A stretch of 64,000 nucleotides of DNA, taken from positions 116 to 64,115 of the forward strand of contig JBCCNM010000002.1 in assembly GCA_039025835.1 (NCBI GenBank), written 5' to 3'. The notes beneath the pieces were generated by a model, which was not told the origin of the DNA, did no database searches, and saw nothing but the letters and a program-made list of their open reading frames with translations. Both the position numbers and the translations under genes were made by a program. This stretch comes from Pseudomonadota bacterium (GTDB lineage Bacteria > Pseudomonadota > Gammaproteobacteria > Steroidobacterales > Woeseiaceae). Positions 25,618-34,700 of the stretch are shown piece after piece. Every line of letters begins with the position of its first letter. Within the stretch, counting starts at the first letter, position 1.

Positions 25618-25959
25618 TCAGGGTTTCGCGAGGGATGGATACGCTGTGTTCGCGTCGGCGTTGCCTGTCGGCGTTTGTGTGTCTTCAAAAGAGGACACAC
25701 AAGCGGCCGATGAGACGTCACCGAAATCCGTTCCCAGACGGTTCGCGGGGTTCAAACGAAGCTCTGTCGAACAATCCGAAGACACCGCACAAGGCGGCTT
25801 GACTCCGGTCTGTTCTTCATCGACTTCCGTCCATGTCATGTCGGTCTTCGAATCTGAATCCACAACGGGACTGGCGTGACCCGTTGTGTAGACCGCGACC
25901 GCTGACAGACAGATTCCCGTCATCAGCGTCGCAACCAGTTTCAGATCCCTGTCGTTCAT
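25618..25959 (-). CDS. hypothetical 113-aa protein with N-terminal hydrophobic anchor, coupled to pufM (coding status uncertain)
   Basis: The ATG lies 4 nt after the pufM stop. N-terminus is MNDRDLKLVATLMTGICLSAVAVYTTG. There is no CxxCH heme motif, so it is not PufC. The 3' half lies inside repeat unit 2. Confidence 0.35.
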   Translation of the reverse strand: MNDRDLKLVATLMTGICLSAVAVYTTGHASPVVDSDSKTDMTWTEVDEEQTGVKPPCAVSSDCSTELRLNPANRLGTDFGDVSSAACVSSFEDTQTPTGNADANTAYPSLAKP

Positions 25960-25963
25960 CGGG

Positions 25964-26899
25964 CTACGGTGCCGCCGAGTAGTACGGCACCATGTTGTGT
26001 TCCTGCGCCCACAGGAACCAGTTATCCACCACAGTGCCGGTCAGCAGGATGCCGATCCCGCCGGTGATCCCGGTCAGGAAAGCGAACCACCACGCCCAGC
26101 GGTGAATCGATTCATACGTGGCATTGAAGCCCATCGTCCATCGCCAGAACAAAGCGCCACGTTCTGCAGCAGTACCGCGATCAACGATCTGATCGATTTC
26201 TCGATGAGAACCGTAATTACCGGAGGCGACAATCGTTGCGCCGTGCATGGCGAATAAGACCACGGAACCCAACAGGAAGAAGATGGACAACATGTGGAAC
26301 GGGTTGTACATCAGGTTGCCGTATCGCAGTGAGAATAACTGTGTCCAGTCGAGGTGCGGGAAGATCCCATAAGGCACAGCCTCACTCCAGGTTCCCAGCA
26401 TGATCGGACGAATGAGACCCAGCACCAGGAACAGCCAGATTGCGCCGGCAAACCCCCATGCGACGTGTGTGCCCATGCCCAACTGAACTGCTCGCCGATA
26501 CATTCTGACCCACCAGGCAAGCACTGCAATCAGCAAACACATGCCGGTCAAAATGAACCAGCCGCCTTCAGCCAACGGTGGAAAGCCCAGACCGTATTCA
26601 GCGGCGGGCGGATCCAGCGACAACCAGAACAGCTGACGAACGAACTGAACAGGGTCCCAGTCCACGGACGCCCACATGTTCAGCCCGACAATCTCAAACG
26701 CTGCAATACCGAACAGCAAGGAAACCAATCCCGATACACCAAGATATCCAGGACCGACCTGCGCTTCACCGAATATGCCGAGAAGCCGGGAGATGCGTGC
26801 GCCGCCGCGTTCGAAAATATTGCCCGGAGGATGGGGCACACCCATGTCGGGAGCGCCGTGCACCTGCACGCGGTTAAAGATGTTTTGGTAAGTAGCCAT
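25964..26899 (-). CDS. pufM: photosynthetic reaction centre M subunit
   Basis: 311 aa. [21 protein letters not shown].. N-terminus and ..[23 protein letters not shown].. match PufM throughout. Confidence 0.97.
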   Translation of the reverse strand: MATYQNIFNRVQVHGAPDMGVPHPPGNIFERGGARISRLLGIFGEAQVGPGYLGVSGLVSLLFGIAAFEIVGLNMWASVDWDPVQFVRQLFWLSLDPPAAEYGLGFPPLAEGGWFILTGMCLLIAVLAWWVRMYRRAVQLGMGTHVAWGFAGAIWLFLVLGLIRPIMLGTWSEAVPYGIFPHLDWTQLFSLRYGNLMYNPFHMLSIFFLLGSVVLFAMHGATIVASGNYGSHREIDQIVDRGTAAERGALFWRWTMGFNATYESIHRWAWWFAFLTGITGGIGILLTGTVVDNWFLWAQEHNMVPYYSAAP

Positions 26900-26908
26900 A
26901 GCGCTCCC

Positions 26909-27736
26909 CTAACTCCATATTCCGAGGTTCAGCCACCAGTCGTACCAGGACTCCCAGCTGCCTTCCCAATACGGACCGCTGATGACGATGCAGAGCGCGC
27001 TCCACAAACCGGCATTGACGGCCAGGAACAGGCCAAGTCGATGGATACCGAGCGAACCGATCGAATACTGAATCGTGTCGCGAAAGTAGCTGTTCTCGTG
27101 ATAGGCCGTTTTGACCGTATCGCCCTTCTTGTGCGGGTTGGTTGCTGACAGAATCGCGCCGCCGTGCATACCCAGGGCCAAAGTCGTCGTGAACAGGAAG
27201 GTCACAGCGACGATATGGGCCGGGTTGTACAGAAAGTTGACGTAGGCATAACCGGTGTTTACGACCCAGTCGAGATGACTCGTAATCCCGTAAGGGAAAC
27301 CGTAACCCCAGGCACCCATCAGGACAGGACGAATAACATTCAAGGTCACATACGCTGCAACGGCTGCCGCAAAAGCAATCGGAACGTGGTAGTTCATCCC
27401 GAGCTTCTTGCTGATCTCTGCCTGCCGCATGACCCAGGATGTAAAGGCCCCGACCGCACAAATCGTGATCAGCTGCCACAGACCGCCTTTAGCGATCGGG
27501 GCGAACTGCAGACCGTAAGTAATATCGGGCGGTGGTAAATGGATCGCCCACAGGTTCCATGTGGGACCTGTCGCGATGCCGTAGAAAATGAAAAACGTAC
27601 CCAGCAGAGTAAAAAAGATGGTTGTTACACCAAAAAACCCGACGTAGAACGGCCCGACCCAGAAGTCGAACAGATCACCGCCGAATAGCGTGCCACCTCG
27701 TACCCGGTACTTCTCCTCAAAGCTCAACATAGACAT
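26909..27736 (-). CDS. pufL: photosynthetic reaction centre L subunit
   Basis: 275 aa. [35 protein letters not shown] and ..[28 protein letters not shown].. match PufL. Confidence 0.97.
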   Translation of the reverse strand: MSMLSFEEKYRVRGGTLFGGDLFDFWVGPFYVGFFGVTTIFFTLLGTFFIFYGIATGPTWNLWAIHLPPPDITYGLQFAPIAKGGLWQLITICAVGAFTSWVMRQAEISKKLGMNYHVPIAFAAAVAAYVTLNVIRPVLMGAWGYGFPYGITSHLDWVVNTGYAYVNFLYNPAHIVAVTFLFTTTLALGMHGGAILSATNPHKKGDTVKTAYHENSYFRDTIQYSIGSLGIHRLGLFLAVNAGLWSALCIVISGPYWEGSWESWYDWWLNLGIWS

Positions 27737-27794
27737 GGTGATACCCCTGTGCGCAGAAAGTCAGCTCCACCGCCACCGGTAACCACACCGGCGT

Positions 27795-27820
27795 CCCGTT
27801 GTATCCGCCGACAACGGCGG
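27795..27820 (-). promoter_or_regulatory. pufA-pufL intercistronic stem-loop(s)
   Basis: CCGCCG-ACAA-CGGCGG (27805-27820), or the alternative CCGTTGT..ACAACGG pairing. It sits in the 104-nt gap between pufA and pufL. Confidence 0.5.
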
Positions 27821-27840
27821 AGCTTACTACTGCAGTCAAC

Positions 27841-28038
27841 TCAATCTTGAGCGACCAATATTTCTTCGTCTCTGGCTTGCTGAACCTCAGCCGCAGCATA
27901 CGGTTCGCCAGAAAGCCAGCTGCCGTAACGCGGCGTGCTGAGCTGTACGAAGTGATTCACCAGCACCATGAAAAAGGCAAACGCAAGTACGCCCACCAAT
28001 CCACGGCGTGGATCAACCATTAGCCAAATTCTCCACAT
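27841..28038 (-). CDS. pufA: light-harvesting 1 (B870/B880) alpha polypeptide
   Basis: 65 aa. MWRIWLMVDPRR... followed by a TM helix with the BChl-ligand His in ..MVLVNHFVQLST.. Position between pufB and pufL. Confidence 0.9.
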   Translation of the reverse strand: MWRIWLMVDPRRGLVGVLAFAFFMVLVNHFVQLSTPRYGSWLSGEPYAAAEVQQARDEEILVAQD

Positions 28039-28083
28039 GACTAGTACTCCTTCTCGTTAGTTACGATGACAGGTTAACCAGGT

Positions 28084-28230
28084 TCAGAACCACGGACGCC
28101 ATGCCCATATCAGGATATGAGCGACGATCGTCACGGCTACAAAACCCAGGGTCCCCTGCATGAAGTACTTGTGGAACTCTTTGGCCTCCCTTGATGTTAG
28201 ACCTGAAGCAGATCTGTTTTCGTCAGACAT
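28084..28230 (-). CDS. pufB: light-harvesting 1 beta polypeptide
   Basis: The internal ATG at 28230 is preceded by GAGGAG. The 48-aa product is MSDENRSASGLTSREAKEFHKYFMQGTLGFVAVTIVAHILIWAWRPWF, with the canonical beta-chain EAKEFH and AHxLxWxWRPW motifs. Confidence 0.93.
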   Translation of the reverse strand: MSDENRSASGLTSREAKEFHKYFMQGTLGFVAVTIVAHILIWAWRPWF

Positions 28231-28334
28231 TTTTTTACTCCTCAACACAAGTCGACATGGTTGGGTGTGACCGCGACAACCCTCGCGGCAGGGGTTTTGT
28301 GCCAGCGGCATGCACCACTGTCACAGAACTCGGT

Positions 28335-28559
28335 TTACGCAGAAAAAACAGTTCCCGTAATTGCGGTGGACATCTTCTCGGCTTCACGAAGCACGGATCG
28401 ATAGCCTGTTGACGGTGCCGACCAGGGGCGCCATCGCCACCCGGACAGACGAGCCACAATGGCGACAGGCAGCAATACCGAGAAACAAACCAGCCAGATA
28501 AACCGGCAGGACCAGACTTCGTCTTTGCGAAGCCCTCTCGTGAGTGTGTCTCTGTCCAT
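28335..28559 (-). CDS. pufQ: PufQ-like small membrane protein
   Basis: 74-aa ORF. ATG 28559 is preceded by AGGAGGA. It sits between bchZ and pufB exactly like Rhodobacter pufQ. Architecture matches: basic N-terminus, one TM helix, C-terminal ..REAEKMSTAITGTVFSA. Similarity is judged from memory. Confidence 0.5.
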   Translation of the reverse strand: MDRDTLTRGLRKDEVWSCRFIWLVCFSVLLPVAIVARLSGWRWRPWSAPSTGYRSVLREAEKMSTAITGTVFSA

Positions 28560-28606
28560 ATGTCTTCCTCCTGCGTGCGCGTCCGGCAACCCGAACGCAT
28601 TTATTT

Positions 28607-30049
28607 TTATGCGGCAACTCGATCGCGACTCACAGCTTCCAGGCATTCGCGCGTCACTTCGTCGAGCCCCTTGTTTCGGGCAAGGTTTTCAGCGGCATCT
28701 CGCAGCTGCTTGGTCGCCGAAATTCGAATCAACACCGGTTTGGTCGCGACCAGGTCCTCCAGCGCCTGCTGCGCTTCGGCCTGCCAGTGCAGTTCCTGCG
28801 CTGCCGGTGTCGCCTCGCCCTTATCCATTTGCGTGCCGAGCGGCAGAATGTTGAACAAGGCATCGAACAGCGCATTGCAAAACTCCTGCATGACATACGT
28901 GGCACCGGCATATCCCATGAACGGAGTTCCGGTATGTCGCCGGATGACGGCACCCGGGAACGAGGCCGGGATGTACACACCGTGTGCACCGTTTTCGGCG
29001 AGATACATGCGCTCGTTGTAACTGCCAAACACAACCAGCGGATTGCTCTCTTTCAGCGCTTCGCGCACGGCCGCGTTATCGGTCTTGGCTCCCGCTCGCC
29101 GCTCAAACGTCATCGCGCAGGGCATGCCAAGGTCGTTTTCGAGGTAATTGCGAAGTCCGCGCGTGTAGGTCTCATTTGCGACGATCGCTACGCTGGCCGT
29201 GCCAAAGAAATCCTGTGTGACCGAGCGCCAAAGATCCCAAAGCGGCTTGATCGTTGTGTGTTTCTCGCGCTCGATGAACGGCTCGGGATCCAGCCCGAGA
29301 ATATCGCCGAGTTCGCGCAGGAATTTTGTGGTGCTGTGCAGACCGATCGGCGCCTGCAGATATGGTCTTTCCAGTCCCTCGCAGAGATCACGACCGAACT
29401 CGCGGTACATGCAGACATTGGCTTCTGCATTGGCGAGCTGTGGCACATCCCGCAACGAACTGCCCAGCGGGAATGTCAGGTTGACCTCGGCGCCGATGCC
29501 TTCGACCAGGCGACGGATTTCGGCCAGATCAGACGGCATGTTGAACATGCCGTAGCTTGGACCGATGATGTTAACGCGCGGCTTCTCGCCGTCTTTGCGC
29601 GGTTTCAGGGGTGGCACAATGCCTTTCTTGGGCCCCCACTCTTTCCACAACCAGAACATGGCGCGATCCGCCGACTGCCACTGGTCCTCGTCAATCGTGC
29701 GTGGCAGGAAGCGCTTTATCTTGGTGCCTTCCGGGGTCACACCACCGCCAATCATTTCGGCTATGGAACCGGTGACAACCACACTCGGCTTTTTCGGATC
29801 GAGTGTGCCGTGCGCCCGTTTCATCGCGCCTTCCGTTCCGTGCTGCCCGAGCTCTTCCTCACCGAGCCCGGTGACCACGATGGGTAACTCATGTGGCGGC
29901 AGTCCGTCGGTGTAATGCAAAACCGACGTCACCGGCAGGTTTTCGCAGCCGACCGGGCCATCGATAATGGTCTGCAAACCCTTCACCGCAGCAAATACGT
30001 AAACGCTGCCCCAGTAGCCGCCGGCACGATCGTGATCAAGCACGAGCAC
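28607..30049 (-). CDS. bchZ: chlorophyllide a reductase subunit Z
   Basis: GTG 30049 is preceded by GGAGG and gives [40 protein letters not shown], the canonical BchZ N-terminus. It overlaps bchY by 14 nt. The track ORF extends to 30112. Confidence 0.93.
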   Translation of the reverse strand: MLVLDHDRAGGYWGSVYVFAAVKGLQTIIDGPVGCENLPVTSVLHYTDGLPPHELPIVVTGLGEEELGQHGTEGAMKRAHGTLDPKKPSVVVTGSIAEMIGGGVTPEGTKIKRFLPRTIDEDQWQSADRAMFWLWKEWGPKKGIVPPLKPRKDGEKPRVNIIGPSYGMFNMPSDLAEIRRLVEGIGAEVNLTFPLGSSLRDVPQLANAEANVCMYREFGRDLCEGLERPYLQAPIGLHSTTKFLRELGDILGLDPEPFIEREKHTTIKPLWDLWRSVTQDFFGTASVAIVANETYTRGLRNYLENDLGMPCAMTFERRAGAKTDNAAVREALKESNPLVVFGSYNERMYLAENGAHGVYIPASFPGAVIRRHTGTPFMGYAGATYVMQEFCNALFDALFNILPLGTQMDKGEATPAAQELHWQAEAQQALEDLVATKPVLIRISATKQLRDAAENLARNKGLDEVTRECLEAVSRDRVAA

Positions 30050-31469
30050 GGGACACCTCCGCAGCGGGTGGCAGGTTTTCCCAGACACCGGCGTTCTCGC
30101 CTTCCCCGACATCCTCGAAAAAAGCCTTCATGGTGTCGAAGCGATGTTTCTGCGCGATGGCACCGTTGATAACCTGGGCCAGCGATCCCGGGCCAGGAAC
30201 GCCCATCAGCGGCCTCGCCGATATCAGGTTGGTGAAGTACAGCGACGGTATCGCCTTCTCTTTCGCCGCCTGCACAACCGGCGTAGTGCCGATAGCGAGG
30301 TCTGGCTCGAATTCCTTCATCGCCGCGAGATCGTCCTCGAGCGACGCCCGGTAATTGACAATCACGCCTTTCGACTCGAGCCATTCGCGATCATCATCCG
30401 ACCATGGTGTTCGCGGGCAGGCGGTGCCGACGTAGCGCAGGTCAGCGCCGCTTTCGACGAGCATGCGCGCTACCAGCAGTTCACTGCCTTCATAACCGGA
30501 CATCGTGATGCGACCCTTGATCGTCGCGCCGGCGGTGACCGCCTCGATCATTGGAATAAACCGCTTTACGGCGGCATCAATTTTGCTCTTCTTGATGTTG
30601 TAGGCATCGCCGATCGCTTCCAGCCAGGCACGTGTGCCGTGCTGCCCGACAGGTGCTGATCCGACCACTGTCCGACCCGCCGCCTGAAAGGCACGAACGC
30701 TTGCGGTGTAGAAGGGATGAATGGCCGCCACAACCTGGCTTTCCAGTGCCGAATACAGCTCCCGCCATTCGCGAGTCGGCACCACCGGCCCTGCAGCGAG
30801 GCCCAACGGCTCAAGCAGCTGGCCGATGCTGACCGGGTCTGCCGGGAACATTTCGCCGAGTAGTGTGACGGTCGGCAAGCCCTTGCGATCGGCGGGCGCC
30901 TTTACCGGTCCGGCGGCGATTTCCTCTCGCGCATAGTTGAGCATCGCACCGGCAAGGATGTCCTTGGCTTCTGCATGCGTGGGAACACCGAAGCCGGGGA
31001 CATCAATACCCACAATACGCACGCCATCGATTTGTTTCGGCAACATCTGCAGCGGTACACCGCTGGCAGTCGGCACGCAGAGATTGGTCACGACAATCGC
31101 GTCGTAGTGTTCAGGATCTGCCATTTCATGAACGGCATCACGAATATCTTCGTAGAGCTTTCCGGTGACCAGCGTCTCCGAATTGAATGGCACATAACCG
31201 ACCGTGCGGCGGGCTCCGTAGAAATGCGACGTGAAGGTCAGGCCATAAACGCAACAGGCCGAACCCGACAGGATGGTTCCTGTTCGGCGCATGCGCAGTC
31301 CGACCCGCAGCGAGCCAAATGCGGGACACATGCTTTGCGGCTGGTCATGCGGACCTACGGGATAGTCTTTTGCATACCGATCCAGCACGCCGGCCTTGCC
31401 GGCACGCTTGGCGGCTTTCGCCAACTCATTGTTGGCGTGGCACCCCGATTGTTGTTTTCCTTCGTTCAT
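30036..31469 (-). CDS. bchY: chlorophyllide a reductase subunit Y
   Basis: 477 aa. ..[45 protein letters not shown].. is typical of BchY. Confidence 0.95.
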   Translation of the reverse strand: MNEGKQQSGCHANNELAKAAKRAGKAGVLDRYAKDYPVGPHDQPQSMCPAFGSLRVGLRMRRTGTILSGSACCVYGLTFTSHFYGARRTVGYVPFNSETLVTGKLYEDIRDAVHEMADPEHYDAIVVTNLCVPTASGVPLQMLPKQIDGVRIVGIDVPGFGVPTHAEAKDILAGAMLNYAREEIAAGPVKAPADRKGLPTVTLLGEMFPADPVSIGQLLEPLGLAAGPVVPTREWRELYSALESQVVAAIHPFYTASVRAFQAAGRTVVGSAPVGQHGTRAWLEAIGDAYNIKKSKIDAAVKRFIPMIEAVTAGATIKGRITMSGYEGSELLVARMLVESGADLRYVGTACPRTPWSDDDREWLESKGVIVNYRASLEDDLAAMKEFEPDLAIGTTPVVQAAKEKAIPSLYFTNLISARPLMGVPGPGSLAQVINGAIAQKHRFDTMKAFFEDVGEGENAGVWENLPPAAEVSRARA

Positions 31470-31513
31470 CCCTGTCCTGGCGTTTCTTGTTGCTCTCTGA
31501 GGGACGACCTGCT

Positions 31514-32530
31514 CTACGCGTCGTCGTATATCACTTCCAAGGACGGCCTTGGTTTGTAGTTTTTGCCGGCCATGTCGGCGGCGGTTGCCGGAATCAACTC
31601 ACCGGCCGCGTCTTCTTCATCGCTGTCGAACAGGGCGAGCAGTCCCTCCTGCTCCAGCGGTGTTGGTAACAGCGGCGGCGCCTCGGCGACGCCCTCACCG
31701 AGTTGCTCAAACAAGGACGCCCACTCGCTCCCCGGACGTCCGATAATTTCGTAGTTGGCGCTTTTCTTGCGAATATCGTCGTCGGCAGGAATCGCAGACA
31801 GCACGGGTATACCAACCGACTTCGCAAAGGCCTGCGCTTCCCCGGTGCCGTCGTCTTTATTGATCACCATTCCTGCGACGCCAACATTGCCGCCGAGCTT
31901 GCGGAAGTACTGCACAGCCGAACAGACGTTATTGGCAACGTACAGGGACTGAAGATCGTTGGAGCCCACAACGATGACTTTCTGGCACATGTCACGAGCA
32001 ATCGGCAGACCGAAACCACCGCAGACCACGTCACCCAGGAAATCAAGCAAGACGTAGTCGAAATCCCAGTCGTGAAAACCGAGTTTTTCGAGCAGCTCAA
32101 AACCGTGGATGATGCCGCGGCCGCCGCAGCCACGGCCGACTTCGGGACCGCCGAGCTCCATCGCGTAGACGCCGTCACGCTTGAAGCAGACGTCGCCAAT
32201 TTCAACTTCTTCGCCGGAGGCCTTTTTCTTTGATGAGGTTTCGATGATGGTCGGACAGCTGCGACCGCCGAACAGCAGCGACGTGGTGTCACTTTTGGGA
32301 TCGCAACCGATCAGCAGCACTTTCTTGCCCAGCTGCGCCATCATGTAGGACAGGTTGGACAGCGTGAAACTTTTGCCTATGCCTCCCTTGCCGTATATCG
32401 CAATGACCTGGGTTTCCTTGGCTGGCTCGCCGGATGGCACCGGATCCGGTTCCACAGCGGCCTCATTTCGAAGGCGGTCCCGCATTTGGATCTGGGGATC
32501 AATGCGATGTTCTTGGGCCTTGTTTTGCAT
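31514..32530 (-). CDS. bchX: chlorophyllide a reductase iron protein subunit X
   Basis: 338 aa NifH/BchL-like protein. [42 protein letters not shown] and its position upstream of bchYZ support the call. Confidence 0.95.
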   Translation of the reverse strand: MQNKAQEHRIDPQIQMRDRLRNEAAVEPDPVPSGEPAKETQVIAIYGKGGIGKSFTLSNLSYMMAQLGKKVLLIGCDPKSDTTSLLFGGRSCPTIIETSSKKKASGEEVEIGDVCFKRDGVYAMELGGPEVGRGCGGRGIIHGFELLEKLGFHDWDFDYVLLDFLGDVVCGGFGLPIARDMCQKVIVVGSNDLQSLYVANNVCSAVQYFRKLGGNVGVAGMVINKDDGTGEAQAFAKSVGIPVLSAIPADDDIRKKSANYEIIGRPGSEWASLFEQLGEGVAEAPPLLPTPLEQEGLLALFDSDEEDAAGELIPATAADMAGKNYKPRPSLEVIYDDA

Positions 32531-33508
32531 TCAGTTCCTCCAGTCCAGGATCATTTTCAGACACGCTGCATCCGTGAATGCCGTGTTGTAGGCTTGCTGC
32601 GCGTCTGATGCCCGGACGCGGTGCGTTATCAAACCGTCCAGCGACAGCGCACCGCTCTCGACCAGCGACTTGACGCTGCTCAAATCCGAGCGTCGCCACT
32701 CCGCGGCGATGCGGAAACTGGCTTCGCGCATGAACGCAGGTGGAAAACGAAACGACACCGGTGCGGCATAAAAACCGGCAAGGACGATCTCGCCCCGCTT
32801 GTCCAGATGCGGCATCACCTTGTCGATCACGTCGGCATCGCCACTGGCGTCGATGATTCGCCTGTAGTCATGACGCCGTTCGTTATCGGGGCTCAACACC
32901 CGGTAGCCGTCGGCACCGTCATGGCGTGCCGGGTTGGTCTCCCAGACGGTCGGCGCCATGCCGCCGAGTGCAATAGTCAGGCGTGCCAGCAATCGGCCGA
33001 CAACGCCATGCCCGACGACAAGATCGGGCAAACCCAGCTCGCCGTTGACACACAATGCGTGGTGCGCCGTCGCTGCGAGGGCCATCAGGATGGCCTTCTC
33101 CTGAAGCTCATCACCGACCGGGATCAGTTTGTCCTCGCTGACCACCATGTTGGAGGCCGCTCCACCGAACAGGCCACGGATCTCGCCGTAACAGGATGCG
33201 CCGGATACGAACACGCGGTCGCCAACCTTGAAATTCGTGTTCTCTCCAACTTCGGACACCCGTCCGACGGTTTCGTAGCCTGGAATCAAGGGGTAGCCCA
33301 AGCCGGGAAACGGCGGCATCTGGCCGCTGTACAACAGCTTTTCCGTGCCTGTGCTGATACCGCTCCACTCGGCATCGATGAGCACCTCGCCGTCGCCGGG
33401 AGGTCGCATCGCGAGTGTCCGAACAGACACGGCCTGCGGCTCATCGAAAACGACCGCAGTCACCGGAACTTCGGGAGTTTTCGCACGAATGACAGGTTGG
33501 CTTACCAT
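32531..33508 (-). CDS. bchC: 3-hydroxyethyl bacteriochlorophyllide a dehydrogenase
   Basis: Zn-ADH-fold protein with ..EWSGISTGTEKLLYSGQMPPFPGLGYPLIPGYE.. typical of BchC. The alternative GTG start at 33463 fits the Rhodobacter N-terminus better. Confidence 0.9.
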   Translation of the reverse strand: MVSQPVIRAKTPEVPVTAVVFDEPQAVSVRTLAMRPPGDGEVLIDAEWSGISTGTEKLLYSGQMPPFPGLGYPLIPGYETVGRVSEVGENTNFKVGDRVFVSGASCYGEIRGLFGGAASNMVVSEDKLIPVGDELQEKAILMALAATAHHALCVNGELGLPDLVVGHGVVGRLLARLTIALGGMAPTVWETNPARHDGADGYRVLSPDNERRHDYRRIIDASGDADVIDKVMPHLDKRGEIVLAGFYAAPVSFRFPPAFMREASFRIAAEWRRSDLSSVKSLVESGALSLDGLITHRVRASDAQQAYNTAFTDAACLKMILDWRN

Positions 33509-33513
33509 TTGAG

Positions 33514-33557
33514 TGTCAGTTTACTCTGACGCTCTTTATTGTCAACTAATCCTTACA
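33514..33557. promoter_or_regulatory. paired PpsR/CrtJ-type sites upstream of bchC
   Basis: TGTcagtttactctgACG (33514-33531, one mismatch), then 8 bp, then TGTcaactaatccttACA (33540-33557, perfect TGT-N12-ACA). Both lie in the crtF-bchC gap. Confidence 0.55.
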
Positions 33558-33567
33558 ATCCGGACAG

Positions 33568-34668
33568 TTAATTCGATGCTGAAAACACACTGGTGATCAG
33601 GGGAACCGGCGTCCTGTGGCGTTTCACCTTGGAAAATCCAGCCTTTTTCAGCAGTCCCGCGAGCTCTTTTCGGGTCCTTGGCCGGCCACTGCCCATGGCG
33701 AGCAGGTAAACCTGGAAATAAACGTCATTCAGACGCCCCGCTGCGTCATCGGCAGCGATCGGCTCCGCCAGCAACAACTGTCCGCCCGGTGCCAGCGCAT
33801 CACGGGCACGCTTGAGGATTTCCAGGGCCTTGTCGTCGTTGTGGTCGTGTACGATGCGGACCACGCTGGCGACGTCGTAGCTGCCGGGAATAGCGTCCGT
33901 AGAGGCGTCGAGTCCGACCACATCAATGCGTCGCTCCAGCCCGCTGGCCCGAAGAGCACTGCGGGCGATGTCCGCCACTGCCGGCAGGTCAGCCACGGTG
34001 ATCGCAAGATGCGGCCAGCGAGCGGCAACCGCTCGCGCAAATGCCCCGGAACCTCCACCAACATCCACGAGACTGCGGCAACGCTGGAAGGAAAATGCCG
34101 ACAACACCTGCTCGGCAACCATCGTCTGTGACTCGGCCATCAGGGCGGTGTAATCGCTGACCTCCTCGTCGCTCAAGGCGTCATCGCGGGTGGCATAAGA
34201 CCACAAGCTCGCCAGCGACGGCTCCGTCTCGCCACGAAAAAACGCCAGCGGATGTTCGAGGTCCCGGTAAAACACCTCGTGGTGCCGGACGAAGGCCAGC
34301 ACCGATGCATTGCCAAGCATGGATGCACCCAGCAAGCCGAGCGCGTAGCGGTCGCGACGGCGACGCGACAACAGGTCCAGTGAGCTGGCTGCTGCCAGCA
34401 AGTGACGCAGTCGACCCTCTTCAACCTTGCACTCGTCGGCGAGCTCAGCCACCGATACCGGCCCTGACGACAAGCGCTCGAACAGGCCGAGTTTTACGCA
34501 GGTCAGCAGCACCTGGGTATGAATGAAGCCGCCAAACAGTCCGAACATGCGCACCGAGTATCGACGCGCAAACCATTGTCCTATAATGCTTTTTTCAGCC
34601 CTCTGGCGGAAACCGGGGCTGCTGAGAAGGCGGTTGTGCCAGTTTCGGAACAGGTCAAACATAGCCAC
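33568..34668 (-). CDS. crtF: demethylspheroidene/hydroxycarotenoid O-methyltransferase
   Basis: 366 aa class-I SAM O-methyltransferase with a dimerisation domain. LVDVGGGSGAFARAVAARWPHL is present. Position between crtE and bchC. Confidence 0.85.
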   Translation of the reverse strand: MAMFDLFRNWHNRLLSSPGFRQRAEKSIIGQWFARRYSVRMFGLFGGFIHTQVLLTCVKLGLFERLSSGPVSVAELADECKVEEGRLRHLLAAASSLDLLSRRRRDRYALGLLGASMLGNASVLAFVRHHEVFYRDLEHPLAFFRGETEPSLASLWSYATRDDALSDEEVSDYTALMAESQTMVAEQVLSAFSFQRCRSLVDVGGGSGAFARAVAARWPHLAITVADLPAVADIARSALRASGLERRIDVVGLDASTDAIPGSYDVASVVRIVHDHNDDKALEILKRARDALAPGGQLLLAEPIAADDAAGRLNDVYFQVYLLAMGSGRPRTRKELAGLLKKAGFSKVKRHRTPVPLITSVFSASN

Positions 34669-34700
34669 CTATCCGTGGCGCACGAGGAACTGGCCGGGCC

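Larger units (their letters stand above)
25345..25780. repeat. tandem duplication, two units of about 217 bp, in the puf 3' region
   Basis: Unit landmarks recur at +217/+216. Hairpin: 25353 vs 25570. Conserved block to about 25437 vs 25654, roughly 90% identical by eye. CCAGACRGTTCGCGGGGTTC: 25518 vs 25734. Unit centres have diverged. Confidence 0.85.

Noticed and set aside
25345-25780. CRISPR array
   Set aside because: There are only two units. The unit length is about 217 bp, with internal divergence rather than short identical repeats separated by unique spacers. No cas genes are present.
25095-25963. Possible degraded pufC pseudogene downstream of pufM
   Set aside because: No CxxCH heme-binding motif or PufC-like stretch appears in any minus-strand frame I translated. 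Only the N-terminal anchor of the 113-aa ORF could be a relic, so no pseudogene is called.
28544-29887. 447-aa plus-strand ORF opposite bchZ
   Set aside because: Antisense shadow ORF. bchZ on the minus strand has unmistakable homology.
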